From the NCBI GenBank assembly GCA_033344915.1, contig JAWPML010000001.1, forward strand, positions 3,550,263-3,614,262: a DNA stretch of 64,000 bases, read 5' to 3'. This document shows, in pieces, positions 1 through 9,701 of the stretch. A program made the position numbers and the translations under genes. Within the stretch, counting starts at the first letter, position 1. Each line of letters begins with the position of its first letter. Under the pieces are notes generated by a model. It did no database searches and was not told where the DNA came from. It saw nothing but the letters and a program-made list of their open reading frames with translations. The stretch comes from Acidimicrobiales bacterium (GTDB lineage: Bacteria; Actinomycetota; Acidimicrobiia; Acidimicrobiales; Aldehydirespiratoraceae).

Positions 1-300
1 GTGCATCGCGGTGTGGGTGCGCATCAGCCGGTGCCGGCGGTCCCAGTCGATCTCGCCGGTCACGGTGTCGCCGACGGCAGGCAGCTCGCCGTCGAGGGTG
101 TGCCAGACGTCGGCACCCTCCTTGCGCACGTTCGTGACGGCGGCGCCGCCCAGGGTGCCGAGGTCGTGCGGTTGCCCGCCTCCGGTTGCGTAGAACGCCG
201 TGCGGTCGAGGGCGACCCGGCCGTTCTCCTCGTCGACGGCGGTCACGGTGGCATCGAACGTGCGCAGGTAGGCATCGGCGAGGAACAGCAACTCGGTCAT
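1..300 (-). CDS. AlaX-like alanyl-tRNA editing / AlaRS-related protein, N-terminal part (gene runs off the window start)
   Basis: My own translation of the minus strand from the ATG at 300 gives MTELLFLADAYLRTFDATVTAVDEENGRVALDRTAFYATGGGQPHDLG...HTAMH. FYxTGGGQPxD is the AlaRS/AlaX N-domain signature. This ORF is not in the supplied track; the + ORF 1..420 is its shadow. Confidence 0.6.
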   Translation of the reverse strand, partial: MTELLFLADAYLRTFDATVTAVDEENGRVALDRTAFYATGGGQPHDLGTLGGAAVTNVRKEGADVWHTLDGELPAVGDTVTGEIDWDRRHRLMRTHTAMH

Positions 301-324
301 GTCCGAGAGCTTGCCCCATCCCCA

Positions 325-438
325 CGAACTGGCGTGTGCATCACCCTGGTTTCGGGTGACACGCACGCCAGTTCGGGACGGCGAGCGAACTGGCGTGTGC
401 ATCGCCCTGGTTTCGGGTGACGCGCACGCCACTTCGGG
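325..438. repeat. Two tandem copies (61-bp period) of a 53-bp palindromic element
   Basis: 325..377 and 386..438 read cgaactggcgtgtgcatc(a/g)ccctggtttcgggtgac(a/g)cgcacgcca(g/c)ttcggg. Each unit is an imperfect hairpin. A third copy lies at 7457..7509. Confidence 0.8.
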
Positions 439-457
439 TGGGTAGGGCGTGGACGGG

Positions 458-1960
458 TCAGGGGTGGGGGAGGGCGGCGTCGCGCAGGAGGGCCTCGGCG
501 GCGGCGAGTTCGGGGGAGAGGAAACGGTCGGGGCCGGCGCCGGGGACCCGGGTCCGCAGCAGCTCGACCAGCGCACCGGTGGCCGGGGCGGGGACCAACG
601 GGGCCCGCAGTTCGATGGCGCGGGCCGCGCACACCCACTCGACGGCCAGGATGCGCCGCGTGTTGTCGACCACGCGGCGCAGCTTGCGGGTGGCGTGCCA
701 CGCCATCGACACATGGTCCTCCTGCATCGCGGAGGTCGGCAGTGAGTCGACCGACGCGGGGGCGGCCAGTCGCTTGTTCTCCGACGCGAGCCCGGCCGCG
801 GTGTAGTGCCCGATCATGATCCCGCTGTCGACCCCGACCTCCTCGGCCAGGAAGGGCGCGAGCCCGTGGTTGCGGCCCTGGTCCATCATCCGGTCGATGC
901 GCCGTTCGGCGATCGCGCCGACCTCGGCGAGCGCGATGGCGAGGAAGTCGGCGGCGAATCCCAGGGGCGCGCCGTGGAAGTTGCCGCACGACTCGACCCG
1001 GCCGTCCGGCAGCACCATCGGATTGTCGATCGCCGAGGCCAGCTCGCGTTCGGCGACGGCGCGGCCGTGGTCGAGAGTGTCGCGAGCGGCGCCGTGGACC
1101 GCCGGCGTGCAGCGGATCGAGTAGGCGTCCTGGACCCGGGTGTCGGTCGGCCCGGCATGGCTGGCGATGATCGGGGAGTCGGCGAGCATCCGCCGGAGGT
1201 TGGCCGCCGACGCGCGCTGGCCGGGATGGGGCCGCAGGTCCTGGAGGTCGGCGGCGAAGGGCGCGTCGGTCGCCAGGAGCCCCTCGACGGTCATCGCGGC
1301 CACCATGTCGGCCTGGTCCAGCAGGTCGGTGATGTCGTGGACGGCCAGGCACAGCTGGCCGAGGATCCCGTCGGTGCCGTTGGTGAGGGCCAGGCCCTCC
1401 TTCTCGGCCAGGTCGATCGGCTCGAGCCCCGCGTCGGCGAGCGCCTCGGCCGCGGTGACGGTCTCGCCGTCACGCGAGGCCGTGCCTTCGCCGATCAGGG
1501 TCATCGCCGCGTGGGCGAGGGGGGCCAGGTCGCCGCTGGCGCCCAGTGAGCCGTACTCGGGAACGACGGGAGTGATCCCGGCATTGAGGATGTCGACCAT
1601 CGCCTCGGCGAGCCGGGGCCGGGTGCCGCTGTGACCCATCGCCAGGGTGCGGGCCCGCAGGAACACCATCGCCCGGACGACCTCGTCCTCCACGGGGTCG
1701 CCCATGCCCGCCGCGTGGGACCGCACGAGGGCGAACTGTAGATCCCGCCGTCGTTCCGGGGGTATCGCGACCGTGGCGAGGGCACCGAAACCGGTGGAGA
1801 TGCCGTACTTCGCGGCGCCGCCGGCGAGGCCGTCGACGATCGCCCGCGAGGCGGCCATGCGCTCGATCGCCGCGGCCGTGAGGCGAACCGGGTCGCCGGT
1901 GCGGGCGACGGCGACCACATCGGCGACGGTCGTGCCGGGCCCGTCGAGCTCGATGGTCAT
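458..1960 (-). CDS. hutH: Histidine ammonia-lyase
   Basis: Starts MTIELDGPG...; contains the MIO-forming GSLGASGDLAPL motif; about 500 aa. The ATG at 1960 overlaps the stop of the upstream IclR gene (ATGA). Confidence 0.93.
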   Translation of the reverse strand: MTIELDGPGTTVADVVAVARTGDPVRLTAAAIERMAASRAIVDGLAGGAAKYGISTGFGALATVAIPPERRRDLQFALVRSHAAGMGDPVEDEVVRAMVFLRARTLAMGHSGTRPRLAEAMVDILNAGITPVVPEYGSLGASGDLAPLAHAAMTLIGEGTASRDGETVTAAEALADAGLEPIDLAEKEGLALTNGTDGILGQLCLAVHDITDLLDQADMVAAMTVEGLLATDAPFAADLQDLRPHPGQRASAANLRRMLADSPIIASHAGPTDTRVQDAYSIRCTPAVHGAARDTLDHGRAVAERELASAIDNPMVLPDGRVESCGNFHGAPLGFAADFLAIALAEVGAIAERRIDRMMDQGRNHGLAPFLAEEVGVDSGIMIGHYTAAGLASENKRLAAPASVDSLPTSAMQEDHVSMAWHATRKLRRVVDNTRRILAVEWVCAARAIELRAPLVPAPATGALVELLRTRVPGAGPDRFLSPELAAAEALLRDAALPHP

Positions 1961-2673
1961 CGGGCGACTCCTTGTTCGTTGGCGGTGTCGGTGCGGGTGC
2001 GGCGGAGATCGTGTTCGAGGGCGTCGACCGCGGCCTGCAGCGCTGTCTCGTGCTCGCGGGCGGTGCGGCGGGTGAAGCGATGGGCCGGGCCGACCACGGA
2101 GACGGCGGCGCGGCCCGCCCACGGCCCGCCGAGGCCGAGGCTGACGGCCGCGATGTCGGGCTCCACGGTGCCGCTGCGCGTGGCCGGAGCGCCGGGTGAC
2201 GCCAGGGCGGCCCCCACCGCCGTGCCGGCGAGCGGTACCCGTTGGCCGACACCACCGGCGTGACGGATGGCCCGGGAGCTCTCGGCGGTGTCGACATAGG
2301 TGGCCGTGTCGCCATCGGCGATCGCGAGATACGTGGACTCGCCGGTGTGGGCCGCGAGCCGCCGCAGGTGGGGCTGGGCGACCGCCGACAGGAGCTGGAC
2401 CTCGTCGGTCTGGCGCAGCGTGTCGGCCATCGATCGGATCATCGGCCCCGGCGTGTATTCCCCCGCGTCGCCCCGGCGGACGTAGCCCCGGGTGCCGAGG
2501 GCCTGGAGGTAGCGGCGCGCCGTGGTCGGCGTGAGACCCGTCTTCTCGGCGGCGACGGTGAGGGTGCAGGCCCGGTGGGCGACGACGACCTCGAGGAGAT
2601 CGAGCACCCGGCCGATCGATCGGGGGACGGCAGCGTCCGGCGCCGAGGTGTCATTAGCTGACAATGCTGTCAT
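1957..2673 (-). CDS. IclR-family transcriptional regulator (probable hut regulator)
   Basis: MTALSANDTS...SIGRVLDLLEVV...TLTVAAEKTGLTPTTARRYLQAL is an N-terminal wHTH, followed by an IclR-type effector domain. Translationally coupled to hutH and divergent from hutU. The longer track ORF (to 3345) is rejected. Confidence 0.8.
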   Translation of the reverse strand: MTALSANDTSAPDAAVPRSIGRVLDLLEVVVAHRACTLTVAAEKTGLTPTTARRYLQALGTRGYVRRGDAGEYTPGPMIRSMADTLRQTDEVQLLSAVAQPHLRRLAAHTGESTYLAIADGDTATYVDTAESSRAIRHAGGVGQRVPLAGTAVGAALASPGAPATRSGTVEPDIAAVSLGLGGPWAGRAAVSVVGPAHRFTRRTAREHETALQAAVDALEHDLRRTRTDTANEQGVAR

Positions 2674-2682
2674 TGATTGACA
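2649..2682. promoter_or_regulatory. Two tandem TGTCA-N5-TGACA palindromes (candidate operator)
   Basis: TGTCAttagcTGACA (2649..2663) and TGTCAttgatTGACA (2668..2682) lie in the 40-bp divergent gap between the IclR gene start (2673) and the hutU start (2713). The region is locally AT-rich. Confidence 0.5.
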
Positions 2683-2712
2683 CACTAGGGATACTGCGCG
2701 CACACTGCAACC

Positions 2713-4395
2713 ATGAGTTCGTTCGGCCCGATCGGCAGTCCTGTCCGCGACATCTCGGCGCCTCGCGGCAACACCCTGCACTGCCGCGGGTGGTCGCAGG
2801 AAGCGGCCTACCGCATGCTGCAGAACAATCTGGACGCGGAGGTCGCCGAGAATCCCGACGAGCTCGTCGTCTACGGCGGCACCGGCCGGGCCGCCCGCTC
2901 GTGGCCGGCCTACCAGGCCATGCTCCACACGCTCACGACGCTGGCCGACGACGAGACGATGCTCGTGCAGTCGGGCAAGCCGGTGGGTGTCGTCCGCACC
3001 CACGAGTGGGCGCCGCGGGTGCTCATCGCCAACTCGAACCTGGTGCCCGACTGGGCGAACTGGGACGAGTTCCGTCGGCTCGAACACGAGGGTCTGACGA
3101 TGTACGGCCAGATGACGGCGGGCTCGTGGATCTACATCGGCACGCAGGGGATCCTCCAGGGCACCTTCGAGTGCTTCGCCGAGATCGCCCGGCGCCGCTT
3201 CGGCGGCACGCTTGCCGGCACGCTGACCGTCACCGCCGGCGCCGGCGGGATGGGCGGGGCCCAGCCCCTCGCGGTCACGATGAACGACGGCGTCGTGCTC
3301 ATCGTGGACGTCGACCGGCACATGCTCGAGCGCCGGGTGGAGCACCGCTATCTCGACGAGATCGCCGACGACTACGAGGCCGCCGTCGCCCGGGTCACGG
3401 CGGCGAAGGCGTCACGCACGCCGCTCTCGGTGGGCCTGCTCGGCAATGCGGCCGACGTGCTGCCCCGGCTCCTCGCCGACGGAGTGGCCGCCGACATCGT
3501 CACCGACCAGACCTCGGCCCACGACCCGCTCAGCTACCTCCCCAACGACCTCTCCCCCGAGGCGGCCGCCGAACTCCGTTCGAGCGATCCCGCGGAGTTC
3601 ACCCGTCGGGCCCGGGTCGCCATGGCGACCCACTGCCAGGCGATGGTCGGTTTCATGGACGCCGGGAGCGAGGTGTTCGACTACGGCAACAGCCTCCGGG
3701 CCGAAGCGAAGCTCGGCGGTTTCGAGCGGGCCTTCGACTATCCGGGCTTCCTGCCCGCCTACATCCGTCCCCTCTTCTGCGAGGGGATGGGGCCGTTCCG
3801 GTGGGTGGCGCTCTCGGGCGACCCGGCCGACATCGCGGCGACCGACCGCGCCGTGCTGGAGGAGTTCCCCGAGAACGAGTCGCTCGCCCGCTGGATCCGC
3901 CTCGCCGGCGAACGGGTCGCGTTCCAGGGTCTGCCGGCGCGGATCTGCTGGCTCGGCTACGGCGAACGTCACCGCCTCGGCCTGCGCTTCAACGAGATGG
4001 TGCGCACCGGTGAGCTCTCGGCCCCGGTCGTCATCGGTCGCGACCATCTCGACTCGGGATCGGTGGCGTCGCCGTACCGCGAGACCGAGGGGATGCTCGA
4101 CGGGTCCGACGCGATCGCCGACTGGCCGCTGCTGAACGGGCTCGTCAACAGCTGCTCGGGGGCGACGTGGGTGAGCATCCACCACGGCGGCGGGGTCGGC
4201 ATCGGTCGGTCGATCCACGCGGGTCAGGTCACGGTCGCCGACGGGACCGAACTCGCGGCGGAGAAACTCGAACGGGTGCTGACGAACGATCCCGCCACCG
4301 GTGTGATGCGCCATGTCGACGCCGGCTACGAGGCGGCCGCCGCCGTCGCGAGGGAACGGGGCGTGCAGGTGCCGATGCTGGAGCCCGACGCATGA
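2713..4395 (+). CDS. hutU: Urocanate hydratase
   Basis: 560 aa; [18 protein letters not shown]..., the [11 protein letters not shown]-site motif, and full-length urocanase-like sequence. Confidence 0.95.
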   Translation: MSSFGPIGSPVRDISAPRGNTLHCRGWSQEAAYRMLQNNLDAEVAENPDELVVYGGTGRAARSWPAYQAMLHTLTTLADDETMLVQSGKPVGVVRTHEWAPRVLIANSNLVPDWANWDEFRRLEHEGLTMYGQMTAGSWIYIGTQGILQGTFECFAEIARRRFGGTLAGTLTVTAGAGGMGGAQPLAVTMNDGVVLIVDVDRHMLERRVEHRYLDEIADDYEAAVARVTAAKASRTPLSVGLLGNAADVLPRLLADGVAADIVTDQTSAHDPLSYLPNDLSPEAAAELRSSDPAEFTRRARVAMATHCQAMVGFMDAGSEVFDYGNSLRAEAKLGGFERAFDYPGFLPAYIRPLFCEGMGPFRWVALSGDPADIAATDRAVLEEFPENESLARWIRLAGERVAFQGLPARICWLGYGERHRLGLRFNEMVRTGELSAPVVIGRDHLDSGSVASPYRETEGMLDGSDAIADWPLLNGLVNSCSGATWVSIHHGGGVGIGRSIHAGQVTVADGTELAAEKLERVLTNDPATGVMRHVDAGYEAAAAVARERGVQVPMLEPDA

Positions 4396-4961
4396 CCGTG
4401 CGGTCGATCCTCCAGCTCGGCGACCCGGCGTTGCGGGTGGTGGCCGAGCCGGTGGATCCCGCCGAGATCGGGTCCCCCGAGGTGCAGCGGCTCGTCGACG
4501 ACCTGATCGAGACGATGCGTGACGCGAACGGCGCCGGGCTCGCCGCGACGCAGATCGGCGTGCACCGCCGAGTGGTCGTGATGGAGGTCGCCGACAACCC
4601 CCGCTACCCGTACAAACCCCGGCTGCCCCTCACCGTTGCGATCAACCCCGTGATCGAGCCGATCGACGACGAGACGGTGGTGATCAACGAGGGGTGCCTC
4701 TCGGTACCCGTGCGGGGCGATGTGACGCGCCACGTGCAGGTGCGGGTCCGCTATCTCGATCGCGAGGGGGTCGACCACGACGAGGTCGTGCGCGGACTCA
4801 CCGCGGGCACGTGGCAGCACGAGTGCGATCATCTCGACGGTCTGCTGATCGTCGACCGGGCCGACCCGCGATCGCTGAGCACCTGGGAGGAATTCGAACG
4901 GCACCATCGCGACGCGTTCGTCGAACGGATCTCCGCGTTCGTGGAGCGCGTCGGGTCGTGA
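4392..4961 (+). CDS. def: Peptide deformylase family protein
   Basis: All three PDF motifs are present: [17 protein letters not shown] and HECDHLDG. The ATG at 4392 overlaps the hutU stop (ATGA); its stop overlaps the hutF GTG (GTGA). Confidence 0.85.
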   Translation: MTVRSILQLGDPALRVVAEPVDPAEIGSPEVQRLVDDLIETMRDANGAGLAATQIGVHRRVVVMEVADNPRYPYKPRLPLTVAINPVIEPIDDETVVINEGCLSVPVRGDVTRHVQVRVRYLDREGVDHDEVVRGLTAGTWQHECDHLDGLLIVDRADPRSLSTWEEFERHHRDAFVERISAFVERVGS

Positions 4962-6295
4962 GCCGCTGGTGGTGCGAACACGCGGTGCTCCCGGACGGGC
5001 CGCAGTCCGGCATCACGATCGACGCGACGGACGGCCGGATCACCGCGATCGCCCCCGACCCGTCACCGCCGCGTGATGCGGTGCGGCTCGCCGGCGTGAC
5101 GATCCCCGGCCTCGCCAACACCCACAGCCACGCGTTCCACCGGGCGCTGCGCTCGCGCACCCAGGCCGGCTCGGGGTCGTTCTGGACGTGGCGCGACGTC
5201 ATGTACGAGGCCGCGGGGCGGCTCGATCCCGACAACTACCGGCGCCTCGCCCGGGCGGTGTTCGCGGAGATGGTCACAGCCGGTCACACCGTCGTCGGCG
5301 AGTTCCACTATGTCCACCATCAGCCCGACGGCACGCCGTACGACGACGCCAACGCGATGGGGGCGGCGCTGCTCGAGGCTGCGGGTGAGGCGGGTCTGCG
5401 CATCACGTTGCTCGACACGCTGTACCTCCACGGTGGCCTGGACGCCGACGGCTACCGTCCGGTGTCCGATGCCCAGCGTCGCTACGCCGATGCCGGGGCC
5501 GAGGCGTGGGTCGACCGGGTGGCGGGGCTGGCGGCCGGGCCCGGGCAGGCGATCGGGGCGGCGATCCACAGCGTGCGGGCGGTGGACCCGGCGGCCGCCG
5601 CCGTGGTCGCCCGGTGGGCCGACGCGGCGCAGGCGCCGGTGCACGCGCACGTGAGCGAGCAGCCGGCCGAGAACGACGCCTGCCTCGCCCACCACGGCCG
5701 CACGCCGATGGCCCTGCTCGGCGGGGTCGGCGCGCTGGGGCCGCGGTTCAGTGCGATTCATGCGACCCATCTCGAGCCGGGCGACATCGACCTCCTGGCG
5801 GCGACGGGAGCCTCCGTGGGCCTCTGCCCGACGACGGAACGTGACCTCGGCGACGGCATCGGCCCGTCGGTCGACCTCGGCGCGACCGGCGTGGGGATGC
5901 ACCTCGGCAGCGACAGCCACGCCGTGATCGACCACTTCGTCGAGGCCCGCGCGGTGGAGCTCCACGAGCGGCTCCGCGCGGAGCAACGGGGACTACATTC
6001 CGCTGCCGCCTTGCTGACGATGGCGACACGCAACGGCCATGGCGCGCTCGGCTGGCCCGACGCCGGCGCCCTCGCGGTGGGGATGCGGGCCGATCTCGTG
6101 ACCGTGCGGCTCGACTCGCAACGCACGGCCGGGACCCCCGACGACGCCGTGATCGAGGCCGTCGTGTTCGCGGCGACCGCGGCCGATGTCACCGACGTGG
6201 TCGTCGATGGTCGCGCCGTGGTGGCCGACGGTCGTCATCTGACTCTCGACGTCCCGGGCGAACTCGACGCCGCGATCAAGGAGTTGTTCGCATGA
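4958..6295 (+). CDS. hutF: Formimidoylglutamate deiminase (amidohydrolase superfamily)
   Basis: [14 protein letters not shown]...[16 protein letters not shown]; HutF-like N-terminus and metal-binding HxH; about 445 aa. GTG start chosen from coupling with def. Confidence 0.8.
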   Translation: MSRWWCEHAVLPDGPQSGITIDATDGRITAIAPDPSPPRDAVRLAGVTIPGLANTHSHAFHRALRSRTQAGSGSFWTWRDVMYEAAGRLDPDNYRRLARAVFAEMVTAGHTVVGEFHYVHHQPDGTPYDDANAMGAALLEAAGEAGLRITLLDTLYLHGGLDADGYRPVSDAQRRYADAGAEAWVDRVAGLAAGPGQAIGAAIHSVRAVDPAAAAVVARWADAAQAPVHAHVSEQPAENDACLAHHGRTPMALLGGVGALGPRFSAIHATHLEPGDIDLLAATGASVGLCPTTERDLGDGIGPSVDLGATGVGMHLGSDSHAVIDHFVEARAVELHERLRAEQRGLHSAAALLTMATRNGHGALGWPDAGALAVGMRADLVTVRLDSQRTAGTPDDAVIEAVVFAATAADVTDVVVDGRAVVADGRHLTLDVPGELDAAIKELFA

Positions 6296-7452
6296 CCACC
6301 ACCGTCATCGACGACATCGGTCTGCTCGTGACCAACGATCCCGCCCTGGGGGAGGGTCCGCTGGGCCTCGTGCGCGACGCGTCGGTCGTGATCGACGACG
6401 ACATGGTCGTCGCCGTCGGCCCGGCGGGCCAGATCGCCGACGAGCGGATCGGGGCGGAGGGCGGGTGTGTCCTGCCCGGCTTCGTGGACAGTCACACCCA
6501 TCTGGTCTTCGCCGGTGATCGCAGCGAGGAGTTCACCGCCCGCATGGCCGGTCGCCCCTATGACGGCGGCGGAATCCGGGTGACGACGGACGCGACCAGG
6601 GCCGCGGCCACGTCCGAGCTCGACCGTCTCGTGCGCATCCGTCTCCGCGAAGCGCACCGGGCGGGGACGACGACGATCGAGATCAAGTCCGGCTACGGCC
6701 TCAACGTCGACGACGAGGTGCGCAGTCTGGACGTCGCCGGTCGTCACACCACGGAGACGACGTTCCTCGGTGCCCATCTCGTGCCCGCCGAGTACGAGGG
6801 TCGGACGGACGACTATGTCGACCTCGTCTGCGGCGAGATGCTCGAGGCGTCCGCGTCGAAGGCCCGCTGGATCGATGCCTTCTGCGAGACCGGCGCGTTC
6901 GACGAGGACCAGAGCCGCGCCGTGCTCGAGGCCGGCCGGGCTGCCGGGCTCGGTCTGCGCCTGCACGGCAACCAGCTCGGTGCCGGGCCGGGTGTGCAGC
7001 TCGCCGTGGAGTGCGGCTGCGCGTCGGTCGACCACTGCACCTACCTCACCGACACCGACATCGAGGCGCTGGCCGGGAGCGACACGGTGGCGACCTTCCT
7101 TCCCGCCGCGGACTTCTCGACCCGCCAGCCCTATGCGGACGCCCGCCGGGTGATCGACGCGGGCGTCACAGTCGCGATCGCCTCGAACTGCAATCCCGGA
7201 TCGAGCTACACGACGTCCATCTCGTTCTGCATCGCCATCGCGGTGCGCGACATGGGCATGACGATCGACGAGGCGATCCAGGCGGTGACGATCGGCGGTG
7301 CCGCGGCCCTGCGCCGAGACGACGTCGGCCGACTCACCCCCGGCGCCGCCCCCCACGCGGTGATCCTCGACGCCCCGAGCCACCATCATCTCGCCTATCG
7401 CCCCGGTGTCCCCCTGATCCGCCACACGATCGGCCCCCTCGCCACCCACTGA
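6292..7452 (+). CDS. hutI: Imidazolonepropionase
   Basis: 386 aa; [16 protein letters not shown] motif; amidohydrolase fold; ATGA overlap with hutF. Confidence 0.9.
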   Translation: MTTTVIDDIGLLVTNDPALGEGPLGLVRDASVVIDDDMVVAVGPAGQIADERIGAEGGCVLPGFVDSHTHLVFAGDRSEEFTARMAGRPYDGGGIRVTTDATRAAATSELDRLVRIRLREAHRAGTTTIEIKSGYGLNVDDEVRSLDVAGRHTTETTFLGAHLVPAEYEGRTDDYVDLVCGEMLEASASKARWIDAFCETGAFDEDQSRAVLEAGRAAGLGLRLHGNQLGAGPGVQLAVECGCASVDHCTYLTDTDIEALAGSDTVATFLPAADFSTRQPYADARRVIDAGVTVAIASNCNPGSSYTTSISFCIAIAVRDMGMTIDEAIQAVTIGGAAALRRDDVGRLTPGAAPHAVILDAPSHHHLAYRPGVPLIRHTIGPLATH

Positions 7453-7456
7453 TCAC

Positions 7457-7509
7457 CGAACCGGCGTGCCGGTCACCCGGATTCCGGGTGATGCACACGC
7501 CAGTTCGCC
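7457..7509. repeat. Third copy of the 53-bp palindromic element seen at 325..438
   Basis: cgaaccggcgtgccggtcacccggattccgggtgatgcacacgccagttcgcc. Its right arm is the exact reverse complement of the left arm of copy 325..377. It sits 5 bp after the hutI stop. Confidence 0.75.
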
Positions 7510-7579
7510 GCGGTGCGGGGGTGGGTGTCACACCCCGTCGGCAGAGTGGTGTGCATGCGCTGCGCCGGTAGCCTTCAGG

Positions 7580-7676
7580 CGTCCCTTCGGGGGCCGTCCC
7601 CTCGGGGACGTACAACCGACACAACCCCTGCCCCGGGAAGGGGCCCCGTGCAAGCGGGTCCAGAGGAGGTGAGCTC
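7580..7676 (+). promoter_or_regulatory. Structured 5' leader of rpsF (possible S6:S18 autoregulatory leader)
   Basis: Several short perfect hairpins (cccTTCGggg at 7583..7592; GTCCCCtcGGGGAC at 7596..7609) are followed by the RBS gaggagg (7663..7669) and the GTG at 7677. Assigning this to the known rpsF leader class is an inference only. Confidence 0.25.
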
Positions 7677-8027
7677 GTGGCACTGCAACGAGCCTATGAA
7701 CTGATGATCATCGTGGATTCCGATGTCGCCGAGATCGACATCCCCAAGATGATCACCCGTACCGAAGGTCTGATCACCGACGAAGGTGGCACCGTGAAGT
7801 CGACCGACAACTGGGGTCGGCGCCGGTTCGCCTACGAGATCGACCACAAGACCGAAGGCACCTACGTGGTGTGGGAGATTGTGACCGAGACAGCCGGTCT
7901 GCCCAACACCGAGCGCCAGCTCCGTCTCGCGGACGACATCGTCCGCCACAAGCTGTTCCGTCTCCCCGAGAAGGAGGCCGCCAAGCGTGGTCTCTTCGGT
8001 GAGGCGGCGCCGGCCGCGGCCGGCTGA
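7677..8027 (+). CDS. rpsF: 30S ribosomal protein S6
   Basis: (V)ALQRAYELMIIVD...GRRRFAYEI.H...G.Y; canonical S6; strong RBS upstream. Confidence 0.92.
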   Translation: MALQRAYELMIIVDSDVAEIDIPKMITRTEGLITDEGGTVKSTDNWGRRRFAYEIDHKTEGTYVVWEIVTETAGLPNTERQLRLADDIVRHKLFRLPEKEAAKRGLFGEAAPAAAG

Positions 8028-8042
8028 CCGGGAGGTACCGAC

Positions 8043-8504
8043 ATGGCATTCGACAACACCATCACCGTCGTGGGCAACGTGACCCGCGATCCGGAGCTGC
8101 GGTTCACGCAGGGCGGCATGGCCGTCGCGAACTTCGGCGTCGCGTGGAACAAGCGCAAGGCGGACGGCGAAGAAGAGGTCTCGTTCTTCAACGTGAGCTG
8201 CTTCCGGCAGCTCGCGGAGAACGTCGCCGAGTCGATCACGAAGGGTTCGCGTGTCGTGGTCTACGGCATGCTCCAGCAGCGCAGCTGGGACACGCCCGAC
8301 GGTGATCGCCGCTCCGCGGTCGAGATCATCGCCGACGACGTCGCCCCGAGTCTCAAGTGGGCCTCGGCCGAGATCCGCAAGAACGAGTTCCGCGGCGAAG
8401 GCGGCGGACAGGGCGGAGGCCAGGGCGGCGGAGGTGGCGGCGCGAGCCGTCCGGCCGCCAACCAGGCGCCCCCCGCATACGACATGGACGAAGAGCCCTT
8501 CTAG
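8043..8504 (+). CDS. ssb: Single-stranded DNA-binding protein
   Basis: OB fold (ITVVGNVTRDPELRFT), a Gly-rich linker and an acidic tail ending DMDEEPF. Confidence 0.93.
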   Translation: MAFDNTITVVGNVTRDPELRFTQGGMAVANFGVAWNKRKADGEEEVSFFNVSCFRQLAENVAESITKGSRVVVYGMLQQRSWDTPDGDRRSAVEIIADDVAPSLKWASAEIRKNEFRGEGGGQGGGQGGGGGGASRPAANQAPPAYDMDEEPF

Positions 8505-8531
8505 GGCCACCGACACGAGAGAACGAAGAAC

Positions 8532-9014
8532 ATGGCAAAGGCAAAGTCGAAACCGCGCGGTGGCCCGAAGGGCATGAAGGCCAACGACCGTCGCGGCGGC
8601 AAGAAGAAGGTCTCGATCCTCGCTCAGGAGAAGATCGAGTACGTCGATTGGAAGGACGCGAACCTGCTGCGTCGTTTCATGTCCGAACGGGCGAAGATCC
8701 GCGCCCGTCGGGTCACCGGCAACGACACCCAGCAGCAGAAGCTGGTTGCGGACGCGATCAAGGTCGCCCGTGAGATGGCGTTGATCCCCTACGCCAACCG
8801 CGTCACGAACCAGAGCCGTAGCCGCGATCGCGGTGAACGCGGCCGCGCCGACGGTCCGGCGCCGCGTCCGAGCGGTCCGCCGCCCGGTGGCGACGAGGAG
8901 ACCGACGACACGGAGACCACGGACGTGGTCGACACGACCGAGCTCGAGGGCGTCACCATCGACGGCGAGACCGCCACGATGGCCGATGCGGCCGGCGAGG
9001 AGGCCGAATCGTGA
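8532..9014 (+). CDS. rpsR: 30S ribosomal protein S18 with a long acidic C-terminal extension
   Basis: S18 core ([29 protein letters not shown]...[13 protein letters not shown]) followed by about 70 extra residues rich in P/G/D/E/T. The stop overlaps the rplI start. Confidence 0.88.
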   Translation: MAKAKSKPRGGPKGMKANDRRGGKKKVSILAQEKIEYVDWKDANLLRRFMSERAKIRARRVTGNDTQQQKLVADAIKVAREMALIPYANRVTNQSRSRDRGERGRADGPAPRPSGPPPGGDEETDDTETTDVVDTTELEGVTIDGETATMADAAGEEAES

Positions 9015-9457
9015 AGGTGATCCTGCGACAGGACGTCGACGGACTCGGCCGCAAGGGCGACATCTGTGATGTCGCGGACGGCCACTTCCGGAATCTGCTC
9101 GACCCGCGCGGCCTCGCGATGAAGGCCACGAAGGGCGCGGAGGTGCAGGCCGAGGCCATGCGCCGCGCCGCGTCGATGAAGAACGCGGCGAGCCGCGCCG
9201 ACGCCGAAGAGGTCGCCACGATGCTGGTGCCCTCGGTCATCACGATCGCGGCCAAGGCCGGCGATGGTGGTCGACTGTTCGGCTCGGTCGGTGCCGCAGA
9301 GATCGTGGAAGCGGTCGAAGCCCAGACCGGCGCGGTGGTCGACCGTCGCTCCCTCAACCTCGAGCATCCCCTCAAGGATCTCGGCCAGGCGATGGTGATG
9401 TGCAAGCTCCACCCCGAGGTGGAGTTCCCCATCACCGTCGAGGTGATCGAAGCGTGA
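9011..9457 (+). CDS. rplI: 50S ribosomal protein L9
   Basis: [30 protein letters not shown]; canonical L9; 148 aa. Confidence 0.92.
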   Translation: MKVILRQDVDGLGRKGDICDVADGHFRNLLDPRGLAMKATKGAEVQAEAMRRAASMKNAASRADAEEVATMLVPSVITIAAKAGDGGRLFGSVGAAEIVEAVEAQTGAVVDRRSLNLEHPLKDLGQAMVMCKLHPEVEFPITVEVIEA

Positions 9458-9459
9458 TG

Positions 9460-9491
9460 GTGCGGTCACCTCGATCCCGGGGTGACCGCAC
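9460..9491 (+). terminator. Hairpin immediately after rplI (candidate intrinsic terminator without a U-tract)
   Basis: gtgcggtcacc (9460..9470) pairs perfectly with ggtgaccgcac (9481..9491) around a 10-nt loop. Confidence 0.4.
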
Positions 9492-9701
9492 GATCAACCG
9501 AGTGCCCGGCGGGCCCACTTCGGCGCGCCCGGACGGTCGTCCCCACCCGTCCACAGGGTCATCCCCAGGGCGAGGGATCTGTGTGCAAGATCTGTCCACA
9601 GGAATTCGCCCTGATTTCCCCGTGAATTCGGGAGATTCCCACTGGCTCCGCACAGGCCCGCGGGGCCAGGATCGTGCGTCGGCGTCGGGAGTGGAACCCA
9701 C

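Noticed and set aside
1-420. + strand ORF of 139 aa at the window start
   Set aside because: The opposite strand encodes an AlaX/AlaRS-like N-terminus with the FYATGGGQPHD signature starting at 300. The rest of the + ORF runs through the palindromic repeats.
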